NCBI GenBank assembly: GCA_965223795.1
Contig: CBDCXL010000001.1
Coordinates: 512,001-576,000 of the forward strand
Length of the DNA: 64,000 nucleotides
Direction: 5' to 3'
From: Nitrospinales bacterium
Lineage (GTDB): Bacteria > Nitrospinota > Nitrospinia > Nitrospinales > VA-1
Positions 42,861 to 53,280 of the stretch are shown here, one piece after another. Position 1 is the first letter of the stretch. Each line of letters starts with the position of its first letter. Position numbers and translations under genes: made by a program. A model generated the notes under the pieces. That model worked only from the letters and a program-made list of their open reading frames with translations. It did not search any database and had not been told where the DNA came from.

Positions 42861-44241
42861 CTTTATTTTGTTTTCTCTTTATCGCGGCTTTTGTAATCGC
42901 AGCTGCTTCCCCAAAATCATCACCAAAAAAACCCTTTGGCCAATTAAGAATTGAACCATATAAATCAATATCAAGAGCCTTAATTGATGACTCTCCTTCG
43001 TTTAAATTTTCGCAAAAATACATAGCGACGTCATTTTTTGTAAATTCATTATCTGCCTCAGCAATACGCCGCATTAATCTCATTAATAAATGCTCACTAT
43101 GACTTTCCAAAATTATCTGAACATTCCTTTTTTTAATTGCATCAATCAATACATCAGCCAAACCGGTTTGCACAAAAGGATGAAGGTGTATTTCTGGTTG
43201 TTCAAGAATTATTGTTGAGCCAGGAGGGGCATAAAAGCAAAGAACTATTACGGGTAGTATTTGAGACACACCGAATCCAACATCTGTTATCAATACCTCA
43301 GGTGAGCTATGGTTCTTTTTTACCAACACTCGAAACAAATTACTACCTGAACTTATTTCTTGCACTTTAAAATCATTAATTAATTTCAATTCTTTTAACC
43401 ATTTTGCAACTATTTCTTCCAGACTTAACGACTTCACACCCTTCCCCATGGATATTCTCTCTCCCCGATCTCGCGAACTGAGAATTGCATCTACAAATCT
43501 TTCTCCAAGCCTTCCCATATCGTTTGGTTGGGAGCCTGCCCATGTATATTGACGTTGAGGATAATTTCTTAATGGGCCCAAATAAAATACTCTTGAAAAC
43601 ATCTCTTCAAATGCCAATTCAATATCAGAAAGAAATCCCGCATTTTGGTAATACGCTCTAACTTGATCGGGGAAACCATAGCATTTTACTGGATAAGGTA
43701 AATTCCAAACTCTTCCCGGCGTTCTTATAAATTTAAATTGTTTTGAGGGCTCAGCATTTAAGCTGTATTTTCCTTTTTCCGCTAGAGCCTTCATTCCATA
43801 CTTTTGCTGGGCAATGGTATAAAACATTCTTGACACCCGTGGAACACTTTTTCTTTTTTTAGTATCTCCTTCTTGTATTATTTCAACTTCATAACCAATA
43901 TTACTATCCGAAATTAATATTTCTTTTTCACGATATTTATCGCCGGTAATAAATTCCTTCGGGTGATCCCAATTCAATTTTATTTTTAAATAATTTTCCG
44001 AATCATGAGCAAATATCACATCATTGAAAGAACCCAGGTCAGTCAAACTTCTCTCACCACCAAAATTCAATACTTGTGTCCTATCTGGGGAATCAGTTGT
44101 TTGCTTTAACAGTAAGAGACTTTGAATAATGCTTGTTTTCCCAGAACTATTACCCCCAAAGAAACCTGTCAAGGGAGCCATTTTTATTGCCCCCGTTTTC
44201 TTCCATGACTTAAAATTTTCTATTTCAATATTTTTTAGCAT
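42853..44241 (-). CDS. ABC/AAA_15-type ATPase with C-terminal DUF3696
   Basis: IENFKSW, Walker A GGNSSGKT, YLGPLR, DVGFGVSQ, Walker B IILEQPEIHLHP, ESHSEH, NWPKGFF. Confidence 0.88.
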   Translation of the reverse strand: MLKNIEIENFKSWKKTGAIKMAPLTGFFGGNSSGKTSIIQSLLLLKQTTDSPDRTQVLNFGGERSLTDLGSFNDVIFAHDSENYLKIKLNWDHPKEFITGDKYREKEILISDSNIGYEVEIIQEGDTKKRKSVPRVSRMFYTIAQQKYGMKALAEKGKYSLNAEPSKQFKFIRTPGRVWNLPYPVKCYGFPDQVRAYYQNAGFLSDIELAFEEMFSRVFYLGPLRNYPQRQYTWAGSQPNDMGRLGERFVDAILSSRDRGERISMGKGVKSLSLEEIVAKWLKELKLINDFKVQEISSGSNLFRVLVKKNHSSPEVLITDVGFGVSQILPVIVLCFYAPPGSTIILEQPEIHLHPFVQTGLADVLIDAIKKRNVQIILESHSEHLLMRLMRRIAEADNEFTKNDVAMYFCENLNEGESSIKALDIDLYGSILNWPKGFFGDDFGEAAAITKAAIKRKQNKVG

Positions 44242-44374
44242 TTCCTTAAATTTTTAATTTTTCTGGGGAGTATAACTTTTTCCTCTTTATTTTTGCACCT
44301 ATATCCTTTTTATATGCTAATTTTTCTTTCCTTCATATAGAGTTGCCCCTTTCCCTAAAATACTCATATCGGAA

Positions 44375-44560
44375 CTACTGTGCATTAATTTTGTTACTTT
44401 TTTTAAATTTACGGAGTTTCTTTACCCCTACTGTTTGACTGCTTTCTTCCTCAAATACTAAGCGTGCAATCAAAAACGCATCCTTCCCATTTTCTATTGC
44501 CTCCTCAGTGGTTTCGCCATCGGGCATGCAGCTGGGCAGGTTCGTAATAGAATCACTGGC
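44375..44560 (-). pseudogene. HicB-family antitoxin fragment
   Basis: NLPSCMPDGETTEEAIENGKDAF (44542-44474) resembles HicB PDLPGC..GET.EEA..N..DA; an in-frame stop lies upstream where the N-terminus should be. Confidence 0.6.
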
Positions 44561-44577
44561 CTATAATCTCTCCCCGT

Positions 44578-45048
44578 TTATAAATTCACCCATCCATCCG
44601 AAAAATTAAAACTCACACTCTCAATATAAAGTTTTTGTGTGTCCAGCCAATGAAAATTGTAATTACTGCTTTTTCTGTAGTCAGGTTCATCCACAACTAC
44701 CATTTCAAGGGATGATAGTCTTTTATTTTTTAGAAATATCTCCCAATATTGATTAAATATTTCAGCGTCGAAAAAGATTCCACCCGAAATTAGTGGAGGA
44801 GAATCTCCCTCTGTGAAAAGCAAATACCCATAATATTTTTCTATGTCACATTGCCCACTCTCACCCGTCACCATAATTAAGGAAAATTCAACTTCGGATA
44901 TTTTATGCTTATCTTCGCCAACCCTGATATCTCCTTGGTTATCCAAATTCCCCGAAATTATTATTCTTTTTGAACAACCATTATCTTTATCGTGGTAAGT
45001 GTTTTGAACCACCTTGATTTTCTTTTGTAGTTGGAAATTAGAAAACAT
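44578..45048 (-). CDS. Hypothetical protein (AT-rich)
   Basis: 156-aa ORF in very AT-rich DNA, where long chance ORFs are unlikely. Confidence 0.6.
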   Translation of the reverse strand: MFSNFQLQKKIKVVQNTYHDKDNGCSKRIIISGNLDNQGDIRVGEDKHKISEVEFSLIMVTGESGQCDIEKYYGYLLFTEGDSPPLISGGIFFDAEIFNQYWEIFLKNKRLSSLEMVVVDEPDYRKSSNYNFHWLDTQKLYIESVSFNFSDGWVNL

Positions 45049-45132
45049 TTATTATTTTTTGGTTTTTGGTGAATTATCCTCCCCACAATCTTGTTCTTTT
45101 TGCCCTTCCTGTCAACTTACGAAATTTGTCAC

Positions 45133-45161
45133 AAAAAAACCGGAGCCTTTCGACTCCGGTT
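45133..45161 (-). terminator. Rho-independent terminator of the exosortase-VIT operon
   Basis: AACCGGAG-tcgaaagg-CTCCGGTT followed by a T-tract on the minus strand. Confidence 0.75.
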
Positions 45162-45209
45162 CCTTGGTTGCCATTCTCGATAACCCACTCAGGAAGTTTA
45201 GCCGTCAAC

Positions 45210-47321
45210 TCAAGCCAGCCGGCGGCGTCTGAACCATGCCAAAGCCACCAGGCCGAGCACCAGCAATCCCGCCCAGGTGGCCGGTTCCGGAGCGGACCCC
45301 CCCGGAAAATTTTGTACAAACTTCTTGGAAGCAGCGTGACCGTAAGCCTCGGGCCCCACGCCTTTCACCCTATGAAGCGGCACCTGCGAATCCTGCGCGT
45401 TTTCCGGGTTTTTGTTGACGATTTTCGTGGACACGGCGACAAACGAAGTCCATCGCGTTGCCAGGGAATGTTTGAGACCCAGATCGATCACCTTTTGCTT
45501 CAACGCGTCATCGCTCAAATGTGTGGTCTTAAAAGCATCGGGTGAGTTGATCTGCCCCATGTGATCGGCGATTTGGGATCGGGCCCAGATCTGCGGAATG
45601 GGAGAGGGCTCCATTTCGCTGGTCCCGTCGGGCAATATCGCCTGAATGGGCAGGGATGCCTGTCTTCCCTGCACCCGTCCTTTCACCACGACCCTGTGGG
45701 TTCCGCTTCCCTCGAATTTACCGAGAATACGGAGCGAATCACCCGCAAACAGGTCGGGAATCACAGAGGGGGTCACCTGGCTCACCTTGACTTCGCCCCA
45801 ATCGATGTCGATGTCGGTCAGAACCGGTGAATCCAGTTTGCCGGCCAATTCAAGGGCGGCCTCTTCGGCATCCTCCGTGGGATCGAGGTAGCGCACAAAC
45901 CCCCGGCCTTTTTTGCCCATTTCGGAAAGCAGGAACCGGTTGACCGAAGCGCCCACTCCGAAGGCATAAATGCGTGCGTCGCCGATCGTGCGCGTGATGA
46001 GACGCAGCACTTCCGATTCGTTGCCAATGTAACCGTCCGTCAGGAACACCACGATCCTGAGGGTTCCGGCAGGTTGGGGGATCGAGAATGCCTGCCGGAT
46101 GGCGTTGGGTATTTCCGTTCCGCCGCCGCCTCGCAGAGAGTCGACATAGCTCAATCCCCTTCTTTTGTTATTCGGGGTGGCCGGGACCGGACCCGATGTG
46201 AACTCGGTGGCGTTGTTGCTGAACCGGATGATGCGGAAGTAATCCTGATTGCGCAGATTCTTCAGGGCATGACGCATGAATACTTTGCTGGCCTGGATGG
46301 GGTAGCCGCTCATGGAACCGGAAGTATCGAGCACGAACACCATTTCGCGCGCCGTGATGTCCTTCGTTGCCGGCGCTGACGGAGGTTCGATCCACAGGCT
46401 GAAATAGCCATCTTTGGAATCGTTGTAGGCCAGGAAGGCGGGCTGGGTGTTTTCCCCTGCCAGTTGATAGCGCAGAACGAAATCCCGGTTGTCGAGGGTC
46501 CGGCCGTCGGCCAGGGAGACCGTTTTGTTCGTCTCATCACCCGACACGTTGATATTATGGGTGCGGCTGTAAATATTGGGAATCGGTGCGCCCGCTTGCA
46601 GATCGATGTCGATGGAAACCCGATCCTTGCCGATCGTATCGGGAATCGTCAACCCGGAAACATCCGGATAGGATGGCAGCGCCTCAATCTCCCACTGGTT
46701 GAAGTTCGATTGCGAGGCGGCCTGTTGCACTGCAGCGGCCGCACCGTCGTCCACAATTTGCGGAGCACGCCCGGAATGCGCGGGTTGATAGCGCGGGCCG
46801 ACAATCAGAGGAATGACCAGTTCGTGATGGCCATCGACCCTCGGAACCGTCTGGTCGTAAACCAGCGTGACCTTGACCGGCAGCTCCGGCATGAGATTGG
46901 CAATATGCTGGGTGAACATATTGGGCCGGTGCTGGGTCAGCAGAGAGGCCGCTTTGCCTTCCTTTTTCGCTTTGTTGAATTTTTTCTTTGCTGTTTCGAT
47001 TTTGTGAATCTGTGCCTGAATGATTTCATCGCCCACTTCCATCGTCATTGCGCGCACCGCCGCATCCTTATTGAGGGGGAACAAATAGGTGGCGTTCAAT
47101 GGAACCGAAGTGGGGTTCGCAAACGTCTGTGTGATCGTCACCGTCGCCAGGTCGCCCTGGATTTTTGTGTGGATGTCCGTCTTCAGGGCCGGAAAATGGA
47201 TGGTTTCTCCATCGATTTGAGCCTGAACGGATCCTCCCAAATCGTTTTCGGAAAGGGCAAAAGCCTTTACAGAAAACATCAGAAAAATTATAAAAACCGC
47301 CTGCGTTACGGTGTGTTTCAT
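45210..47321 (-). CDS. VIT + vWA domain protein with C-terminal PEP-CTERM-type sorting signal (703 aa)
   Basis: Signal peptide; VIT QTFANP..LNATYLFPL; MIDAS DTSGSMSG and FLTDG; tail APEPATWAGLLVLGLVALAWFRRRRLA; ATG overlaps the exosortase TGA (ATGA). Confidence 0.9.
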   Translation of the reverse strand: MKHTVTQAVFIIFLMFSVKAFALSENDLGGSVQAQIDGETIHFPALKTDIHTKIQGDLATVTITQTFANPTSVPLNATYLFPLNKDAAVRAMTMEVGDEIIQAQIHKIETAKKKFNKAKKEGKAASLLTQHRPNMFTQHIANLMPELPVKVTLVYDQTVPRVDGHHELVIPLIVGPRYQPAHSGRAPQIVDDGAAAAVQQAASQSNFNQWEIEALPSYPDVSGLTIPDTIGKDRVSIDIDLQAGAPIPNIYSRTHNINVSGDETNKTVSLADGRTLDNRDFVLRYQLAGENTQPAFLAYNDSKDGYFSLWIEPPSAPATKDITAREMVFVLDTSGSMSGYPIQASKVFMRHALKNLRNQDYFRIIRFSNNATEFTSGPVPATPNNKRRGLSYVDSLRGGGGTEIPNAIRQAFSIPQPAGTLRIVVFLTDGYIGNESEVLRLITRTIGDARIYAFGVGASVNRFLLSEMGKKGRGFVRYLDPTEDAEEAALELAGKLDSPVLTDIDIDWGEVKVSQVTPSVIPDLFAGDSLRILGKFEGSGTHRVVVKGRVQGRQASLPIQAILPDGTSEMEPSPIPQIWARSQIADHMGQINSPDAFKTTHLSDDALKQKVIDLGLKHSLATRWTSFVAVSTKIVNKNPENAQDSQVPLHRVKGVGPEAYGHAASKKFVQNFPGGSAPEPATWAGLLVLGLVALAWFRRRRLA

Positions 47322-48874
47322 CGTTTCCTCTCTTTCTTGAATGCAAGGAGTGGTGGGGTGGCGTCGATATCCAGTGCCGCGAGTACAGCCCAGTCCCAGC
47401 GGCGGGTCCGGGATGCGTCCTGTTCCCAGGGCGAGATGCGCTGGATGGCCGACCAGGTGCTGTCCGGTTCTTGTAGCCAGCGCCAAACCGTCTCGGATAC
47501 ATTGGACGTGATATGACTGCGGTCGGAGATAAAACTGACGGAGATGCGATAGCTGTGTCCCTCCGGTGAGGTGGCTTTGTAGACAGCGGTCGGGATCGTG
47601 TCGTAGGAAATGCCGATGTGCTGGACCTCGAATCCCAATCCCCGCAGGCATTCATCGGGGGAGTGCAGATGCCTGAGGGGGGATGAGGTGCGAATCAGCA
47701 GCAAACCATTGTTGCCATAAAAAGCCTTGGCCGCCGCGCCGCCATATTGGGTGAAGTAGGCTTTCTCTTTCGCGAGCAGCGGCGAAGGCATTCCTTCATG
47801 GTTGTCGATCATCGTGGGCAGCGATACGGTGATGCCCGGCCGAGCCACATCGATGGGTTTTCCGGGCAGGTGGACAATGACCGCAGCGGTGATCAAAAAA
47901 CCCAGGGCCAATGCACTGGAATGGATTTTTGATCGGGGGAACAAGAATCCCGCTGCTTTGGCAATCGATGAGGATTTCCGCAAGCTCGAATCGCTGACCG
48001 GGTCTCGGGGCGATGGAATCCGCGTTGCGTTCCGGGTCCAATAGAGAATGGGAAGGCAGCCAAGGGCCAGTGCGATCAGGCCCAGCAGGGAGTGCCAGGG
48101 TTCCGCCATGACATCCATGCCGAAAGTCATCCCGGGATAAGCAATGCCCACCGCCAGCACCGAAATTCTGAGAACATTGACGCAAAGGCTGGAGAGCAGA
48201 GTGACGCCGATGCCCACCAGGCCTGCAATCCAATTTGGACGGCACAGGGTCATGCAGGCGGTGTAAAACAACTGCAGCAGCAACAGGGTTCGCGCCCCGG
48301 AGCAAGGCAGGTCTACCAGCACATCTTTCTGGTTGATCAGAATGCGCACGCCCTGACAACTGACATTTTCAAACAGACCGCCCAGGATCAGGCAGGCGCC
48401 TCCTGCGGACAGGTTTTGCAGGGCAAACCCCAGCGTGTGTTGCATCACCCGTTCCAGTGGCAGAGCGAACAGGAAACAAACGGCCAGCCAGCCGGGGGAA
48501 ATCGGGCGCTCCCGATGATGCACACCCGCCAGAATCGCCAGCGCGTAGACATCGATCACCATCGTCATAGCGCCGATGATATTGACGGCGAAGACTTGAC
48601 CGGTCAGGCGAATCAGGGCTGTGGCCGCCAGGAGAATGAGCGGCCAGCGAGTATGATTGCGTTTTTCACCAATTCTGGGGCTGGAAACACTCCACAGAAA
48701 CAATCCCAGACAGATCAGGAAAACGAGAAAACCTTTGGAGTCGTAGGCGGGATCCTGCCAGGTCTGAACCAACCAGCGCGCCGGTTCATAGGCCAGGACC
48801 AGGGCGGCCAGTCCAAAAATCAAGGCGGGAAGTGAATGTATCGTGCTTGCAGAAAGTCTGAGTGCATGGCTCAT
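47318..48874 (-). CDS. Exosortase family protein with soluble C-terminal extension
   Basis: Multi-TM; catalytic-type motifs VDLPCSG, NVLRIS, WHSLLG; adjacent PEP-CTERM substrate. Confidence 0.85.
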   Translation of the reverse strand: MSHALRLSASTIHSLPALIFGLAALVLAYEPARWLVQTWQDPAYDSKGFLVFLICLGLFLWSVSSPRIGEKRNHTRWPLILLAATALIRLTGQVFAVNIIGAMTMVIDVYALAILAGVHHRERPISPGWLAVCFLFALPLERVMQHTLGFALQNLSAGGACLILGGLFENVSCQGVRILINQKDVLVDLPCSGARTLLLLQLFYTACMTLCRPNWIAGLVGIGVTLLSSLCVNVLRISVLAVGIAYPGMTFGMDVMAEPWHSLLGLIALALGCLPILYWTRNATRIPSPRDPVSDSSLRKSSSIAKAAGFLFPRSKIHSSALALGFLITAAVIVHLPGKPIDVARPGITVSLPTMIDNHEGMPSPLLAKEKAYFTQYGGAAAKAFYGNNGLLLIRTSSPLRHLHSPDECLRGLGFEVQHIGISYDTIPTAVYKATSPEGHSYRISVSFISDRSHITSNVSETVWRWLQEPDSTWSAIQRISPWEQDASRTRRWDWAVLAALDIDATPPLLAFKKERKR

Positions 48875-49091
48875 GCACCCAGTGTTGAATTTTTAGATGA
48901 AGAGAAGATGAAGGGTTTGTGAAATTTTCAAGAAATTTTGTGTGGCCTTTGTGCAGGAATAATAAAAAACTTATAATCAATAGTTTATGCTATGCATTCT
49001 TTTTTCGATTGCACGAAACCAGAAATAGAAACACCCGCCACTCTGGGAGCCTTCAGGCTCCTGGGGATTGCTTGTTACCTGGGTCAATAAA

Positions 49092-50567
49092 TTATCCCTG
49101 CTTTATTGGGAGGGTGATGATGAATTGAGTCCCTTTGCCAGGTGTGCTGGATGCCTGAATGGTGCCGTCGTGATAAGCAACGATTTTTTTGCAAATGGCC
49201 AGGCCGATGCCGGTCCCTTCATATTCGTTTGCCCCGTACAATCGTTCAAATGGCTGGAAGATTTTTTCGATATATTTCTCATCAAACCCGATGCCATTGT
49301 CCTGAACGGTTATTCTCCAATACGAATCATCCTTTTGACAATCTATTGAAATTTCCGGAGGCGTATCCGGCTTCTTGAACTTTAAAGAATTGCTGATGAG
49401 GTTGAGAAAAAGCTGCCGAATGTAAAAGGGATTCGCCTGAATCTCCGGGAGTCCTCGATAATTAATTTTTGCGTTTAAAGACTGAATTTTAATCTCCAGG
49501 TCTTCAGTTATGGAAGAGATCGTGTCATTCAAGTTGACCTGGGAAAAGACTTTGCTCGTGGATTCGATCGAGGAATACTTCAATAGATCTTTTATAAAAT
49601 CCTGCATTCTAAGCGCGGCATTTTGCATTCTTTCAATATAATCTTTTGCCTGCGAGCCCAGATCCGGAATGGTCGAAGCGAGCCGGTCCCCGAAGGAAAT
49701 GATCTTCCTCAAAGGCTCCTGCAGATCATGAGAAGCAATATGAGCAAAATCATGAAGTTCCTGATTGCTGCGCCGCAACTCGTTGGAATAGATCTTAAGA
49801 TTCATTTCTGCCTGGCGCCGTTGATTGACTTCATTTTTCAGAGCCGAATTGGTCGTCACCAAATCGAGATCTCTTTTTTGAATATTTGAAATCATATTGT
49901 TAAAGCCGGAGTAAAGCACACCCAGTTCATCTTCATACAGGTTCTTGACTCTTATGGAAAAATCGCCTTTTTCCGAAATTTCTTTCGTCTTCTTGGCAAG
50001 GTTTAATATGGGTTTCGAGATAATACCCTGAAGCTTCATGGAAATGATCAGTGAAGCGCATAATGTTCCAATCACAATCATTGCAACCAGGATCAAATAT
50101 TTATCTATAAAACTGCTGAATTCCTTCAGATTGGCCGATAGATGAATCTCTCCTATGGTTTTATCCTTCAATAAAATCGGCCGCTTCAATTCCACCATGT
50201 CGTCTTTAAACGTGTAAGAAAGCAGTTGCATGGTCTCTACCTGCGTATCTCCTGGCTGGCCGGATTCAAATTTGGCGAAAATATTGCCTTTGCTGTCAAA
50301 CAATGTGGCGTGCTGGATCTGCGGTTCTTCATTTAAAGAGGACAGAATTTTATTCGCGGCTTCCTGATCTTCAAAATAAACCGCTGCACGGCTGTTGGCT
50401 CCGATCGTTCCTGCCAGGACTGCAAGGTTCTTGATCAGGCTGGATTTGAAGAACTTTAGATCATGGTAGATAAACAGGGCGGATGAAACGGCAAGGGTGC
50501 CGAAAGAGATTAAAAACAGCAATGCAATCAGTTTGTATTTTATGGGTAAGGATTTAAACGATTTCAT
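49092..50567 (-). CDS. Sensor histidine kinase (periplasmic sensor, HAMP, HisKA, HATPase)
   Basis: Two TMs, DELGVL HAMP, SHDLQEPLR, NLISNSLKF, DNGIG, GTGIGL. Confidence 0.93.
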   Translation of the reverse strand: MKSFKSLPIKYKLIALLFLISFGTLAVSSALFIYHDLKFFKSSLIKNLAVLAGTIGANSRAAVYFEDQEAANKILSSLNEEPQIQHATLFDSKGNIFAKFESGQPGDTQVETMQLLSYTFKDDMVELKRPILLKDKTIGEIHLSANLKEFSSFIDKYLILVAMIVIGTLCASLIISMKLQGIISKPILNLAKKTKEISEKGDFSIRVKNLYEDELGVLYSGFNNMISNIQKRDLDLVTTNSALKNEVNQRRQAEMNLKIYSNELRRSNQELHDFAHIASHDLQEPLRKIISFGDRLASTIPDLGSQAKDYIERMQNAALRMQDFIKDLLKYSSIESTSKVFSQVNLNDTISSITEDLEIKIQSLNAKINYRGLPEIQANPFYIRQLFLNLISNSLKFKKPDTPPEISIDCQKDDSYWRITVQDNGIGFDEKYIEKIFQPFERLYGANEYEGTGIGLAICKKIVAYHDGTIQASSTPGKGTQFIITLPIKQG

Positions 50568-51136
50568 TTTGAACCGTCTCCAAAAACGAGAATCGCTAAA
50601 TTAATAAGTTCGGAACTGACTTTCAAACCTGTCTTTGTTAAAACCGCGTGATTGATTTCAAAACGCACTTTATTATCGACTTTTATGAAATTGATTCCGA
50701 CGCCTTTCTGTCCATTGCCTTCTGATTCGCTTATGACCAATACGGGAGCATTTTGAAGATTATCAAGAACGTCATTCAGCCGGTCGTTGAATGAAATGGA
50801 TATGAAAACAATGTGACACGTTTTCAAAAGGCTCAATGGCACATCGTTTCTGACAAGGATGTTTCTTCGGATAATATCCGCATCGTTGGCAAGAGTGAGA
50901 AGATTTTGAAAATTGTCTTTTCCTTTTATGCAGATATTAATCGGTTCTTCATGGGAACCATTGGCTCCATAGGTTTCCGGCCATTGAATGAACTCACTGA
51001 ATTTTAAGAGAAGTCCCGCTTTGATCAAATATTCGCGATCTTGAATTTCATTGGCAAAAGTGGAAAGAGCTGGCAGGGAACAAATTATAGATAGCGTTAA
51101 TAGTAAGCGGGAATGTCGAAATATTCGGCGAATCAC
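50564..51136 (-). CDS. YfiR family periplasmic protein
   Basis: EYLIKAGLLLKFSEFIQWP, CHIVFIS, VLVISE, VRFEIN, GLKVSSELINLA. Confidence 0.9.
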   Translation of the reverse strand: MIRRIFRHSRLLLTLSIICSLPALSTFANEIQDREYLIKAGLLLKFSEFIQWPETYGANGSHEEPINICIKGKDNFQNLLTLANDADIIRRNILVRNDVPLSLLKTCHIVFISISFNDRLNDVLDNLQNAPVLVISESEGNGQKGVGINFIKVDNKVRFEINHAVLTKTGLKVSSELINLAILVFGDGSK

Positions 51137-51213
51137 TTGAGATCTCCAGCGAGAAGAAGAGATGTAACAGTAAGAACTGATCTCAGATGTCGATTTTTAA
51201 ATCTATTTTGAGG

Positions 51214-53280
51214 CTAAAAATTGAATTTCAATTTTGCATAAAAGCTTCTTTCCGTTTCTGAGTCCGCCTCCAGCAGTTCATTCAATTCTGAATGCTGATC
51301 ATCCAGAATATTTTGCCCGACAAGTGAAATTTCAAGATTTTTATTGGCTTTCCACCCAAGCCGTAAATCCAGCCTGGAATAAGCTTTCACTTTTCTGGAA
51401 TCGTTTTTGCTTGTGAAATAGTACGTGGAATCAAACTCCAGATTGTAGGGTAAATTTAAATAGGAACGGATGTTGAAGTGATGCTTGGGCTCCCCTTCTG
51501 CATCGAGATCTCCTTCGCTGTTAAAGCTGGAAGGTATGAAGGCTCCGTCTTTGGTCGGTCTAAGGTCTGTTTCTATAAACGTATAGCTTCCCGCAACTTT
51601 CCAGTTGCCGCGGATTTTCCATTCGGCTGAAAATTCAACTCCGTAGGATTCTCCTTCCAGAGAATTATCATTCAGAAAAGGAATGACCAGATGGGGGGGC
51701 GCAGGCGTGGCTTCAAAAAACTCGGCTTGTTGGGTTGTCTCGATCAAATCCTCGTATTTGAATAAATAGGCGGTCGTGTCAAACGAAAGATTCGGATTTG
51801 CTTTAAAACGGTGCCCGATTTCAAAAGACAATAATTTTTCCGAATCTGTTCTACCGTCATTGGATTCCTGAAGCAGGATAGGAGGGGCTCCCGGTATGAC
51901 AGCCCGGTTTGCGAATCCCAACTCCTCTGTAATACTCGGAATCCTGACCGCTCTCGAAACGGCGGACCACACAGTGTGCCTGTTGCTGAGAGATGCGATT
52001 GTTCTTATATTCGGCTGAAATTCGAACCCGGAAAATTCATTGTATTCGAACTTCGCCCCGACGATTATACTCCATTTTTCAGGTATGATTGAGATTTCAT
52101 CGTGGAAAAATAATCCTACTAGATTGGTCGCTTTGTTTGGAATTCGAAAAACGTTTGTTTCCTCAAAATTAAAAAAGGAAAAGCGATAATTCAAACCCCA
52201 GACAATGGTTTGGCGTTTACCAAGATTAAAATTGTGCTGCAAATCAACATCAAATTGATCGACAATATTCTGAAAGGGCAACGTGGACCGTCTTTCAAGG
52301 CGGTCGTAGTAGAACTGGGCCTGAATCGAGGAGGTGTCGTCCAGATTATGGGTCCAGCGGGAAAGGAAATTGGCCCCTTTTTGGATGGTGCCGCCGCTGA
52401 AGGGGCCGGATCCCTCGGCTATGGAAATGAAGCGGCTTTTAAAATCCAACTCCGCATTCAAATCATAATAATCTCCCTGAACGGTGAGATTATTTCGAGG
52501 ATTCAATTGAAAATCCCCCCTGAATCCCCCCTGAGACATGATCTTGTCATCGAACGAGTCCGAACCATCCACCTTTTTGCCATCATCGCGGCTTCTATAT
52601 TTCCCATACATCCTGAACGCATTTTGTTCTCCCCATTTGAAGCCGTATCGGACCGTTGCGAATCCCCGCTCTTCCGTTCCCAGGCCGCCTGAAATCATCC
52701 AACCCGGTGTCTTGCGGGAATCCTTTGTGATGATATTGATGACACCTGCCACGGCGTTTGAACCCCAAAGGGCGGCTCCCGGGCCTCGAATCACCTCAAT
52801 GCGATCGATGTCTTCCAGCACCGTATCCTGGCCAATCCAGAAAACACCCGAAGCGGAAGGGCTGTAAACGGTTCGATTGTCGATCAGCACCAGCAGCTTA
52901 TCGGAACCTAGCCTTCTGTTGAAACCACGGATCGATATGGCATACCGGTTTTGATTGATTTTCGATACCTGAACGCCGGGGACGATTCTCAATGCTTCCA
53001 TGATGTTCACCGCACCCGTTCTGCGGATATCTTCCTGAGTCACGACAAATACGGCGGAGGCGGTGTCGTGCAGCAACTGGGGCCTTTTGCTTGGACTCGT
53101 CACGATCACATCGGTCTGAAGCAGGTCCTTGACACTCAACTGCAGGATTTGCAGCTGCTCCTTAGAGAGTGTTTTTCTTTCTTCTGAGAAGACATTTTGA
53201 GGGAGGAAAAGGAAAAATAACGCAGCGGCAAAAAAAGAAGAAAGCCTCTCCTTCGAGGGGGGATGACAATAAAAAAACAT
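51214..53280 (-). CDS. TonB-dependent receptor
   Basis: Plug EALRIVPGV, ISIRGF, IDRIEVIRGPGAALWGSNAVAGVINIITK; C-terminal RSFYAKLKFNF. Confidence 0.95.
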   Translation of the reverse strand: MFFYCHPPSKERLSSFFAAALFFLFLPQNVFSEERKTLSKEQLQILQLSVKDLLQTDVIVTSPSKRPQLLHDTASAVFVVTQEDIRRTGAVNIMEALRIVPGVQVSKINQNRYAISIRGFNRRLGSDKLLVLIDNRTVYSPSASGVFWIGQDTVLEDIDRIEVIRGPGAALWGSNAVAGVINIITKDSRKTPGWMISGGLGTEERGFATVRYGFKWGEQNAFRMYGKYRSRDDGKKVDGSDSFDDKIMSQGGFRGDFQLNPRNNLTVQGDYYDLNAELDFKSRFISIAEGSGPFSGGTIQKGANFLSRWTHNLDDTSSIQAQFYYDRLERRSTLPFQNIVDQFDVDLQHNFNLGKRQTIVWGLNYRFSFFNFEETNVFRIPNKATNLVGLFFHDEISIIPEKWSIIVGAKFEYNEFSGFEFQPNIRTIASLSNRHTVWSAVSRAVRIPSITEELGFANRAVIPGAPPILLQESNDGRTDSEKLLSFEIGHRFKANPNLSFDTTAYLFKYEDLIETTQQAEFFEATPAPPHLVIPFLNDNSLEGESYGVEFSAEWKIRGNWKVAGSYTFIETDLRPTKDGAFIPSSFNSEGDLDAEGEPKHHFNIRSYLNLPYNLEFDSTYYFTSKNDSRKVKAYSRLDLRLGWKANKNLEISLVGQNILDDQHSELNELLEADSETERSFYAKLKFNF

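Noticed and set aside
47322..47651. 110-aa N-terminal extension of the VIT protein
   Set aside because: It overlaps the exosortase; the signal peptide, RBS and ATGA overlap all point to ATG 47321.
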